A DNA stretch of 64,000 nucleotides, from positions 47,926,001 to 47,990,000 of the forward strand of contig OX597822.1 in the NCBI GenBank assembly GCA_951406725.2, written 5' to 3'. Both the position numbers and the translations under genes were made by a program. The notes beneath the pieces were generated by a model. The model had not been told where the DNA came from. It saw only the letters and a program-made list of their open reading frames with translations, and made no database searches. This document shows, one piece after another, positions 11,840 through 23,873 of the stretch. Positions within the stretch are counted from its first letter, which is position 1, and every line of letters begins with the position of its first letter. This DNA comes from Octopus vulgaris (Eukaryota).

Positions 11840-12730
11840 GCACACTCATACACACATATATATGTTGATTGGTCCATGTTTCTAAATGTAACATAACAGG
11901 AGACAAATTCTTAATGCCCATTAATTAAGCCCTTTAGATTAATTAGATATGCAGGCACCACAAACCTACCTATCCAGCTATATGAATATCCATCTATTTC
12001 CTTCTCTCTCTCTCTCTCAGTCAGTCTACCAATATATTACTCTTTCACTCATTTATTTGTTTCAGTCTGTGGCCATGCTGGAGCACCACTTTTAGTCAAA
12101 CAAATCGACCCCAAGACTTATTCTTTGTAAGCCTAGTACTTATTCTATCAGCTTCTTTTGCCGAACCACTAAGTTACAGGAACGTCGACACACCTACATC
12201 GGTTGTTAAGCGATGATGTGGGGACAAATACAGGCACACAAAATTTACACACACACATACACATATATATATGTATGTGTATATATATATATATATATAT
12301 ACAACAGGCTTCTTTCAGTTTCCATCTGCCAAATCCACTCACAAGGCTTTGGTTGACTCAAAAGGCATAGTAGAAGACACTTGCCTAAGGTGCCATGCAG
12401 GGGGATTGAACCTGGAACCATGTGGTTGGTAAGCAAGCTATTTTACATACATATATATATATGTGTGTATATATATATATATATATCTTTTTATCTTTTT
12501 TACTTGTTTCAGTCATTTGACTGTGGCCATGCTGGATCTCCACCTTGAAGAGTTTTAGTCAAACAAACTGACCTCCAGGACTTATTGTTTTTTAAAGCCT
12601 AGTACTTACTCTATAGGTCTCTTTTGCCAAGCTGTTAAGTCATGGGGATGTAAACACACCAACACTGGTTGTCAAGTGGTGGTGAAGGACAACCCCCCCC
12701 CACATATATGATGGGTTTCTTTCAGTTTCT

Positions 12731-12962
12731 TATTTCTTTACTGTCCACAAGGGGCTAAACATAGAGGGGGACAAACAAGGACAGACAAACATATTAAGTC
12801 GATTACATCGACCCCAGTGCGTAACTGGAACTTATTTAATCGACCCTGAAAGGATGAAAGGCAAAGTCGACCTCGGCAAAATTTGATCTCAGAATATAAC
12901 GGCAGATGAAATGCCACTAAGCACTTCGCCCGGCGTGTTAACATTTCTGCCACCTCACCGCC
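12731..12962 (-). mobile_element. SINE family B copy (variant tail) nested in a family A SINE, 14-bp TSD
   Basis: ttctttcagtttct at 12717-12730 and 12963-12976; the flanks rejoin into a family A SINE. Confidence 0.88.
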
Positions 12963-13572
12963 TTCTTTCAGTTTCTGTCTACAAAATCCAATCACAAGGC
13001 TTTGGTGCGTCCCAAAGCTATAGTAGAAGACACTTGCCCAAGGTGACACGCAGTGGGACTGAACCTGGAATCATGTGGTTGAGAAGCAAGCTTCTAACCA
13101 CACAGCCGCACCTGCACCTATATATATATATATATATATTTATTTATTATCATCATCATCATCATTTAACAGAGAACTGCACCAAGATCTACCCATGTTT
13201 TGGCATGGTTTCTACAGCTTGATGCCTTTTCTAATGCCAGCCACTTTACATAGTGTACTGGGTGCATTTTATATATGTATGTCTGTATGTATGTATGCAC
13301 ACGTATACTATGTCTGCTTATCTCTCTCTCTTTATTTCTGACCATCTCCCTACTTATCTATCTACCTGTTTCTAAATCTCCTCTATTAAGGCTAAAGACC
13401 ACAAATGGTCAGTGGTGAATAATCCCTCATTTATACCGATTTGTCAAGTGACCTGGGCAATGCTGCATCTATGACAATATCGAACAAAAATGAGAGGGCA
13501 CAATAAATTTATTGTAAATATTTGATCATCTTATGTCTGTCTGTTGGACTGGAAAACATTTAACATCATTAT

Positions 13573-13970
13573 AGGTGCAAGAGTGGCTGTGTGGTAAGTA
13601 GCTTGCTTAACAACCACATGGTTCTGGGTTAAGTCCCACTGCGTGGCATCTTGGGCAAGTGTCTTCTACTATAGCCTTGGGCTGACCAAAGCCTTGTGAG
13701 TGGATTTAGTAGATGGAAACTGTAAGAAGCTCGTCATATATATGTATATATATATGTGTGTGTGTATGTTTGTGTGTCTGTGTTTTTCCCCCTAGCATTG
13801 CTAGACAACCGATGCTGGTGTGTTTATGTCCCCATCACTTAGCGGTTCAGCCAAAGAGACCAATAGAATAAGTACTAGGCTTACAAAGAATAAGTCCCGG
13901 GCTCGATTTGCTTGACTAAAGGCAGTGCTCCAGCATGGCTGCAGTAAAATAACTGAAACAAGTAAAGAGT
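13573..13970 (+). mobile_element. Near full-length SINE family A (tRNA-derived head, CORE-like cttgggcaagt block)
   Basis: gtggctgtgtggtaag...gggttaagtccc head. Other copies near 12055, 16558, 20625, 23550, 25433, 29045, 31613, 39050, 47645, 52650, 61350. Confidence 0.88.
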
Positions 13971-15033
13971 ATAGCAGCAATGCCCTTCATTTCTTTCTCC
14001 CTCTCTCTCTGATTCCCTCACTTTCTATTCGTCTCTCACTATAACTCCATCTCTCCCACTACATCTCTTACCTTACTCTTGTCTCTCTCTGAGTCTTGCT
14101 GTTACTCCTCCTCCTCTTCAAATCTCTTTGTTTCTTATTCCATCTCCCATTTCTCTTACTCCTTTACATGTCCGTTGGGTTTCTATTGCCTGTTCCTCCC
14201 TATTTTCACCTCCTCCCTATTTTCACATCCTTCCCCTCTGTTTAGTTTATCCACTTTCTTTTACTCTGACTCCCACCTACCTCTCTCACTCTCCATCCCA
14301 AAAGAAAGCAACACAAATAACAGCCGAGGAATTATCACGACAGCAAATAGAAGTGAAAGAAACAGGTGAACATATATCATCATCATCATTTAATGTCTGT
14401 TTTCCATGCTGGCATGGGTTGGACGGTTTGACAGGAGCTGGCCAGATAGAGAGCTGCACAAGGTTCCAATTGTCTGTTTTGGCATGGTTTCTAAGGCTGG
14501 ATGCCCTTCTTAATGCCAGCCGCTTTACAAAGTGTACTGGGTGCTTTTTACAAGTTACCAGCATGTGACACCAGCACCCATGAGCTCGCAAGACAAGGAT
14601 CTGAGAGAAGGAGTTGGGGGCATGACCATGAAAGACATGCCTGAATACATGGATTATCATCATCATTTAACATGCATTTTCCATGCCTGCATGGGAGGCC
14701 CTACCAGGGCTGCATATTTGATCTATCCATATAGGACAGGTCAAATATAGATTGCCCTCTTTTGAGAGGTAAAAATGGGTTTGCATAGAGCCAACAGCCC
14801 TATATAGGAAAAGAAAAAAAAAAGAAGCAAAGTTATAGAAACATCAAGGACAATTCAAAACCAACAAAATCTGGGAGGGAAGGGGAAAGTCTTTGCCTAG
14901 GGAAACTGTTACATGATGCATGAAAATCTGAAAGGAAAATGCAGGGATCCCAATGGAGAGAAGCAGGAAAGACAGCCCAGAGTTGAGGACAGCAGAGAAA
15001 AATCATTGATGATCTGTGCTGTGAAGAGCTTAA

Positions 15034-15975
15034 CCCTTTCATGACTGTATTTATTTTGAGATGCTCTGTGTTTCTTTCAATTGATTTTAAATATAACAAA
15101 GAATTTAGTAAGATAACTTAGTTATCATTATGCTAGTGTTAGGAACATAAATTGTGACTAAGGTTTGGTGGAAGATTTTAATTCAAAACATGAAAACACT
15201 AGCTCAAAAGCCACCCTGTCGGGCAGTTTTTAAGCTAGCTCCTGTGGAGGGCTCTTCATTGGGTTTTGAGCCCAATAATGACACTTCATGCATTGAGTAC
15301 ATATTAAATTTTATTAAACTTGACCAATATTTTTCAAGCAATGTACAATTTTTGTCAAATAATGATATAATATGCAAAGCTTCACGATAAACAACATATT
15401 TTGTTTTCCCATTCGGGAGTGGGGTGGGTCAGTACAATTTTTTTTCTGTGTAACCTAACCTCTTTCTTTCTCTCTCTCTCTCTCTGTTTCTGTTGATTGT
15501 TTTCAACCATCACCATCACCAATACCACTACAACTGCCATTCACACACCATTCAGACTTCTCATGCCACCACCGGCAACACCTTTGACTTCACCACCTTC
15601 CCCTTCACCACCATCACCACTGTCTTTTACATTCCCTACTATCACCATCAAGTTTGACTACCTCAGCTACCACAACCACCACCACCATTATCACCATCAC
15701 CTCTGCCTCTATTACAACTACAGCTCATACTATTACTATCACCCACCCTCCCGTCACCATCTCAACTGTCAATCCACTACCACCCTCACCTTCACTGTGC
15801 CTACTATTATTCTTACCCCAGCAAGAGGAGTAGAAGAAGTGTCAATGAATAGTGAGAGAGGGGGTTAAGTGTGACACACTGGCACACAAATTTGTTTTGG
15901 CATTTATTATTATATATAGAAGACATTCGTGCTAGAGAGCCAGAGGGGATTTCAGCCAGGTTGGTATCAAAAGGG
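15034..15975. mobile_element. piggyBac-like MITE (TTAA target, CCCTTT ends) interrupted by a Helitron-like insert
   Basis: ttaa|ccctttc ... aaaggg|ttaa; the two halves rejoin to match the uninterrupted copy at 41160-41347 in reverse orientation. Confidence 0.85.
15199..15920 (-). mobile_element. Non-autonomous Helitron-like element, copy 1
   Basis: Minus strand starts TC(TATATATA) and ends CTAG; GC-rich imperfect hairpin about 10 nt from the 3' end; no TSD; homologous to 44036-44741. Confidence 0.7.
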
Positions 15976-16714
15976 TTAAAGTAAAGGAGAAGGGGAGTAG
16001 ATTAGAATAATAAATGGAGAAGGAGGTGAGGGAAGTTATTAATAATGTGGAGATGAAAGTTGAAAAACCTTTATATATTTCAGGCTTAAGGGCCCATCTT
16101 CAAAGAAATGTGCATATTGAGTAGATCCTGCCATTTGAATAGCCAGATGAGCAGTGACCCCGTTTTAGTCTGGTGTTTGTGTTAGTGGCAGTAGGTCTGC
16201 AGGTGATTCTGTTGTGCCATAGTGGATTAGCTGAACTTTGAAAATGTCAGAGTTGGTGCTACGTGAAATTTGATTCAGTTGTTTGTACTTTTCAGTCTAA
16301 ATCCCACCATATCCATCACCTGGTTTAATTCATCACCACCAGGCACCTTGGTCTCCAGTGAGAGGGAGATACTTTCTCCATCTTATCTCAGAGGTCTAAC
16401 AAAATTTGTTCATCGCTATGCAGGTATGGCTGTGTGGTTAAGAAGTTTGCTTTCCAGCCACTTGGTTCTGAGTTCAATCCTACTGTGTGAAACCATGGGC
16501 AAATCAAAGCCTTGTGAGTGGATTTGTAAGAAACCCATCATATACAGACATATATAGAGGCGTGGCTATGTGGTAAGAAGCTTGCTTTCCAACCACATGG
16601 TTCCAGGTTCAGTCCCACTGCATGGCACCTTGGGCAAGTGTCTTCTACTATAACCTCGGACCGACCAAAGCTTTGTTAGTGGATTTGGTAGAAACAAACT
16701 GAAAGAGGCCCATT

Positions 16715-18470
16715 ATCATCATCATCATCGTTTTAACATCCGTTTTCCGTGCTAGCACGGATTGGATGGTTCAACCAGGAGGCTGCACCAAGCTCCAGTC
16801 TGATCTGGCAGTGTTTCTATAGCTGGATGCCCTTCCTAATGCCAGCCACTCCGGGAGTGTAGTAGATGCCTTTTATGTGCCAGCGGCACAGGAACCAGGG
16901 GAGGCTGGCATCGGCCACGTTCGGATGGTGCTTTTTACGTGCCACTGGCACAGGTATCACAACTACAATTTCCATTTGATATTTATTTTGATGTTGATGT
17001 ACTTGACTCAATAGGTCTCCTCAAGCACAGCAGGTCGTCCTATGATCCAAGGTAAGCACAGCAGGTCATTCTGCAATCCAAGGTACTTTGGATGGGCTGG
17101 GGCTATGTGAAACTGGTGCAGGAAACAGCCATGAACTCACATTATTTGTTGGGTCTTTGCAGTCACAGCATATCTCCAGAGTGGCACTTCTTCACACATC
17201 TCTCCTCACCCATCCACAGTACATGACCATACCAGCGCAAACGTCTCTCTTGCACACCACATCTGATGCTTCTTATGTCCAACATTTCTCTCAGGGTGCT
17301 TACCCTCTGTCGTGCGTGCACACTGACATTACACATCCAGCGGATCATGCTAGCTTCATTTCTTTCAAGCCTATGCATGTCCTCTGCAGTCACAGCCCAT
17401 GTTTCACTACTGTGAAGCATGGCAGTTCGCAGCATACAATCTACCTTTCACTCTGAGCGAGAGACCCTTTGTCACCAGTAGGGGTAGGAGCTTTCTAAAC
17501 TTTGACCAGGCTATTCGTATTCTAGTGGTAACACTCTCTGAACATCCACCTCCACTACTAACTTGGTCACCTAGGTAGCGGAAACTATCAACTACTTCTA
17601 GTTTCTCCCCCTGGAGTGTGATAGAATCTGTTTTCTGAGTATCTGTGGTGTCTATTGCCCTTGTGCATCTGCCGCACATGAAAGCTATCTTCTTGGTTAA
17701 TTTTCCTTTGATGTTGCTGCATCTCTTATGTGTCCATAGCTTACACTGGGTACATCTTATGGAGTTTCTACCTACACCTTTTCTACAGATTGAGCAGGGC
17801 CACCTGCCCAAGGGTGTGTGTGATGAGTTCACCTTCCTGCTTACTATAACTTTGGTCTTTGCTACATTTACTCTAAGGTCCTTTGATTCTAAACCTAGCT
17901 TCCACACCCGAAATTTCTTTTCTAGTTCTGGTAATTATTCTGCTATGAGGGCCAGGTCATCAGTGTAGAGGAGCTCCCAGGGGCAACCTGTCTTGAATTC
18001 CTCTGTTATTGCCTGGAGGACTATAATGAATAGAAGGGGACTAAGGATTGAACCTTGGTGCACTCCTGCTTCTACCCGGAATTCTTCACTATACTCGTTG
18101 CCAATCCTAACCTTACTAACAGCCTCTCTGTATAGGGCCTGTACAGCCCTTATCAACCATTCGTCAATCTCCAGTTTTCGCATAGCCCACCACATACGGG
18201 ATTGGGGGACCCTGTCAAAGGCTTTCTCCAAGTCCACAAAAGCTAAGTAGGGGGGTTTATCTTTAGCTAGGTATTTCTCCTGCAGTTGTCGAACCAGGAA
18301 TATGGCATGTGATGCTTCTACCCGGAACAAAACCAAACTGCATCTCATCTAAGCAGACTCTCTCCCTAATGAGATGGACTATGACCCTCTCTGTGACCTT
18401 CATCACCTGATCCAGCAGTTCAATACCCCTGTAGTTATTCCTATCTAAAGCATCACCTTTACCTTTATGT
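16715..18470 (-). mobile_element. 5'-truncated, frameshifted RTE-clade LINE (RT, C-terminus, 3' UTR)
   Basis: KGKGDALDRNNYRGI, QFGFVPGRS, FVDLEKAFDRVP, GVHQGSILSPLLF, LYTDDL, FRYLG, SETWA and RRLRWYGHV spread over several frames; (GAT)n tail. Confidence 0.95.
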
Positions 18471-18871
18471 ACATATATGTTTGTGCCTCTGTGTTTGTCC
18501 AACCAATGTTGGTGTGTTTATGTCCCTATAATTTGTGGTTCAGCAAAAGATACTAATAGAAGTACTGGGCATACAAAGTGTATATATGTACATATATATA
18601 TGTATATATATCATCATATATATATATATATATATATTTAGGTAGTGTTTTGCAACCTATTTGCCTTTGATGCCATGTAAACGTGCATCCCTGTCATACA
18701 AGCAGTGTCCTTCCTTCATTTCCAGTCTTGCATGGAAATGTCTGGTCTTGGAGAAATATTACCTTGCTTGGAAAAAGGTGAGCATTGATGACAGGAAGGG
18801 CATCAGGCCATAGAAAAAAATCTGCTTGAACAAATTCTGCCCAAAGCTATGCAAGCATAGAAAGTGGATAT

Positions 18872-19310
18872 CCTTTCCTCCTCTAGGCACAAGGCCTGAA
18901 ATTTTGGGGGAGGGGGCCAGTCAATTAGATCAACCCCAGTATGCAACTGGTACTTAATTTATTGACCCCAAAAGGATGAAATGCAAAGTTGACCGTGGCG
19001 GAATTTGAACTCAGAAAGACAGATGAAATACTGCTAAGCATTTCGCCTGGCATGCTAACATGTCTGACATCTCGCCACCTTGAGAATAAACAATATTTTT
19101 TTCTACTCTAGGCACAAGGCCCGAAATTTTGGGGGAGGGGGCAGGCAATTAGATGAACCCCAGTATGCAAGTGGTACTTAATTTGTCAACCCTGAAAGGA
19201 TGAAAAGCAAAGCCGACCTCTGCAGAATTCGAACACAGAATGTAAAGACAGACGAAATACTACTAAGCATTTCGACCGGTGTGCTAACGATTCTGCCAAC
19301 TCGCTGCCTT
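18872..19310 (-). mobile_element. Head-to-tail dimer of SINE family B inside an RTE-type 3' end
   Basis: Two copies (18872-19080, 19097-19310) bracketed by an imperfect duplication tagaaa-gtggatat / tggaaatgtggatat. Confidence 0.8.
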
Positions 19311-19686
19311 TGGAAATGTGGATATTGAAACAATGATGATAATGATGTTATCTCTTTGTTGAACTGCTATGTTACAGGGCAAAAGGTGACAACATAACTT
19401 CAGCTTCTTGAATGGTGCAAACATCAACACACACTCACTGGTCCACACAGTTTCTGTTGACTAATTTTCCACTCACAAGTTATTGGTCAACTTCAGGCTT
19501 TGGTAGAAGACATTTGAGCGAGGTGTTGCATTATGGGATTGAACTGGTTGATTAAGAAGCAGTTTTATAAACTTCACAGTAACACTTGCCTACATTTTAC
19601 ATACATCAACACACACACACTTCACCTGTGGACGTATACATTATACATGTGTGTATAAATACACACAAATATATAAGAATTTATGA

Positions 19687-19725
<39 letters not shown>

Positions 19726-20761
19726 GAGTTGTATATATGTTATAGGATATATATATATTATACATGTGTATATAAACACATATGAATTTAGGAATACGAG
19801 TATCTATACACACCATATATTCAGTATAGTGTTGTATATATGTTATAGGCTATATATAGTGTTGTGTATATACTTCTCTCTCTCTGTATATATATATATA
19901 TATATATATACACATGTGTTAGTATTCATGTGTATGCATCTGTCACTGCCATTATAGCAGTCTCCAGCAAACAAAAAACACCTGTGTGTATATATATATA
20001 TATACACACACATAAATGCACTCATATATATGAGAAAGAGAGGGTAAAGACAGAGAGACAGCTATGTATTGATTGCAGTATAGCTATTACTTTTAGCATA
20101 TCAAACCACCACCAATTGATGGATGAGTTTGGGGAAAATGGCTGTAAATTCTCTTACCACCATCGCAGCTTAATCAGTTAAACCAAAACTTATTTACTTG
20201 TACATAACTCTAAAATTGACTGAAATATCTAAATATTAATCTCAGCCGAAGTCAAGTCATTTTGGGGTCGATAAATTAAGTACCAGTTGCATACTGGGGT
20301 CGACCTAATTGACTGGCCCCCTCCCCCAAATTTCGAGCCTTGTGCCTAGAGTAGACAATGTATAAATATTAATCTAAAGATCTATGAATTTCCTTGGCCC
20401 AAGGCAACCCTTTCCAAAGGGTATGGAATTCTTACCTTTAGTATAGAGGGTTCCCAAACGCCTGATATAATCAATTAAAACCCAGTCTGTATATGAGAGC
20501 TAACTTTATTTTATTTGGTAGCTCCAAATATAATTTCAATTTGGGGAGGGTATGAAGAGAAGTGATTAAAAAAAAAAAAAAAATCAGCTAAGTAGTCAAG
20601 CAAGTTTTTTTTTTAAAGCAGGCTTAGCTATGTGGTTCAGAAGGTTGTTATGCAAACATTGAGTTTCAGATTCAATCCCATGTTTAGCACTTTAGGAAAG
20701 TGATTTCTATAACCATGAGTGAAACTGGTAGACAGAAATGAATGAAGCCCATTGTGTGCAT

Positions 20762-20798
<37 letters not shown>

Positions 20799-22469
20799 GC
20801 GTGCCTGATAGATTCTTGCAACCCCCACTACCAGTGCTTGACAACCGATGTTGGTTTGTCCCTCGTAACTTAGCAAGAGACTGATAAAATAAGTATCCGA
20901 TTTGAAAAAAAAAATCTCGTAAGTACTGCGCTTTCGAAGCAGTGCTCCAGTGCTCCAGCATGACGGAAACAAGCAAATGATAGAATCTATGGATGTATGA
21001 AAATACTGTATTGGTCCTGGGAGAAAACAGCTTGGTGAAGGATACAAGGTATGCAAAACACCAGCTGGTACCACCACACTGAAGGAGGACCGGTTCGCAC
21101 TTATGACGCAGTATTATTTTTTAATCATAGGTGGACAGAAACGGTTATTTCAATAAAGAGAATGAATAAAAGGAAAACTCAGCCGAAATCAGAAAAGAAG
21201 TTGATTATAAGACAGACAGAACAAAAAAATTACAGAAAATAGAAGAAAAAGATGAACTTATTTTTGTTTTTAAAGGACATATTGAAGTGATACGTTTACT
21301 AGTTTAAATTCAAATTTTGAACTGTGTTATATTATATATATATATATATAATAGTTGTGGTCGGTCTATGGAGTTCGCATAAAGCGTTTAGCTTTCTTCA
21401 GATCGGTCATTAGGGTCTAAAGAAAAACCGTAAAGCTAAGCGTTTTATGGCCGCGAAATCCAGGGTAACCCCACAGACCGGTCGTTAATTATCTTTAATT
21501 ACTCTACTGCTTTTATAACTTAGAATCTGTTTCTCTTTCGGATTTATGATTTACTGACAATATGTTTGTGTATATATATATAAAGTTTACATGTGAACAA
21601 TCGACACGATATGAACTCGCAATGACAATATGAATAATAATGACCATAACAAAAACTTTATTTGCCGAAAAACTAAAAAAATCGTTACGTTGAAACTCTT
21701 ACAGAATTAAATGGGCAGAGAATATTGGCAATTGCAAAAATGCATGTCTATTAATAAAAATGGACTGAACATTGGTACAAAGCCATAGAGATGTCTTCTT
21801 AGATTGTAAACTCGAGCTTGAATTGAGCCAAATATCGAACCTAGAAGAATGTATGAAATATATATTTTTGTAAAACGTACATTATATAAAATATTCCGTG
21901 TTAAGTTCCTGTGTGATCAATGAAGATACTTGGTCCGATGCTGGGAAGAGAGTGGAGGTGAGAATGTTTACATTTATAATATTTGTTTACAATTAAGACA
22001 AAAATCACGTGTAGTAGTAAAGGGGAGAGATTGTTGTGTATAGAATGAATGGTGTTTATATTGGTTCTATGGAGGTGGAATTATTATTATATCTGTAAGA
22101 GGGTCACACAGCACAAAAAAAAAAAAAAAGACGAAAAAAACATTTAGCACTGATCTGTTTTCGGAAAACATCTTTTTACGATTCCAAGCTGGATAAGCTC
22201 TTTTCTGTAATATACAGAATCAAAGTCAAAAAAGTTCAGAATGTTAGTATCACATTTGTTCCCCTATTATCCTCTTCTGAAGAAAGATGAGGGAGGTCTT
22301 GACCCTAGAAAAAGTTATTGGTCTTAAGTCTTCGAGGGAAAAAAAGTTCTTTTAAGTGAAAATACTGAAGAGAGTCAAGTGAATTTAAAAGGCATGAAAT
22401 ATAAGTGAAAAAAAGTATATCGCAAAATGACGATAGGGACCATGACAAAACTTTCATGAAGACATGGGT

Positions 22470-22485
22470 GGCCCTTAGAAGGGCC
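22470..22485 (-). promoter_or_regulatory. Histone mRNA 3' stem-loop (H2A)
   Basis: Minus strand reads ccaac-GGCCCT-TCTA-AGGGCC-accca, about 75 nt after the stop. Confidence 0.97.
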
Positions 22486-22560
22486 GTTGGATTGATTGAT
22501 GCTTTAACAGCAAGATTGGTGCCACGACTCGTTTCTTTTTCTCCATTTCTTTTTTTTTTT

Positions 22561-22938
22561 TTACTTGGCAGCCTTCTGTGTCTTCTTTGGTAGAAGGACG
22601 GCCTGGATGTTGGGCAAGACACCTCCCTGGGCAATGGTCACTCCAGACAGGAGTTTATTTAATTCCTCGTCGTTGCGGATAGCCAACTGCAAGTGACGGG
22701 GGATGATTCGAGACTTCTTGTTGTCCCTGGCAGCATTACCTGCCAATTCCAACACTTCTGCGGCCAAGTACTCCATCACGGCAGCCAGGTAGACTGGGGC
22801 ACCGGCACCAACACGCTGGGCGTAGTTACCCTTGCGGAGTAGACGATGGATCCTGCCGACTGGAAACTGAAGTCCGGCACGAGACGACCGGGTCTTGCTC
22901 TTTCCCTTCACTTTACCTCCTTTACCACGTCCTGACAT
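22561..22938 (-). CDS. H2A: Histone H2A, canonical replication-dependent type, intronless (125 aa)
   Basis: [59 protein letters not shown]...[11 protein letters not shown]; no H2A.X SQ(E/D)Y tail; stem-loop present. Confidence 0.99.
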   Translation of the reverse strand: MSGRGKGGKVKGKSKTRSSRAGLQFPVGRIHRLLRKGNYAQRVGAGAPVYLAAVMEYLAAEVLELAGNAARDNKKSRIIPRHLQLAIRNDEELNKLLSGVTIAQGGVLPNIQAVLLPKKTQKAAK

Positions 22939-22980
22939 ATTTTGGTTTAGCTACGGTGTTTCTCAATTAACAACTGTAGT

Positions 22981-23175
22981 AAAATGGCTGAAATTTTCCT
23001 TTAAATACCTTCCGATAGGCTCCAGCCGACTGACGCTTACAAAAGCAATTTTAACCAATCAGTGTGCAGCTTAGACGCCACGGCTTGTATAGCGCGAGGA
23101 AGCATCGACCGTGCTTATTCATATAGCGTTCACAAAGTGAAGGCTCATACTGAGAAACATTTTAACCAATCAGAG
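22981..23175 (-). promoter_or_regulatory. H2A promoter: cap motif, TATA-like box, two CCAAT boxes
   Basis: CAGCCATTTT at 22990-22981; TATTTAAA near 23000-23007; ttttaaccaatcag repeated at ~23049 and ~23160. Confidence 0.65.
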
Positions 23176-23692
23176 ATGCTAATAGACTATTCGGCTACGA
23201 CCATCTATTGAAACACGTCTGATACTACAAACATTAGTCCCGCCTTATTGATGTCAGTCAGCATGTAAAATTATTCTAGCTGTTGGAACTGCTACAGTAC
23301 TTTCTCTTGTATTCTCTCTCTCTCTTTGTTCGACATGATGGTGGTTGCGGCAAATGTTATTACTGAGAGACACAACTATCTTATTTAATTAATGCACAAC
23401 TCAATTCCTCTGCCGCCTTCTTCCCTCCCTCCCCTTACTTCCTTGTGTGTTTTTTTTGTTATCTTCGTCTTGCGTTTTACGCATCTCTAACTTGGCGCGC
23501 GTGCTTGTATGTATATATATATTATAAAGAGATATGTATAGGTAGTGGTGTGACTATGTGACCACAAGTTTGCTTCCCAACCACATGGTTTCGGGTTCAG
23601 TCCTACTGCGTTGTACCTTGAGCAAGTGTCTTCTATTTTAGCCTGATCAAAGATTGAGGGGATTTGGTAGACAGAAACTGTGGAAGACTGTC

Positions 23693-23738
<46 letters not shown>

Positions 23739-23819
23739 CAAAAAATAAGCAACAAGAATGGATCATACATATATATATGTATGTGTGTATATACATATAT
23801 ATATATATATATATGTGTG

Positions 23820-23873
<54 letters not shown>

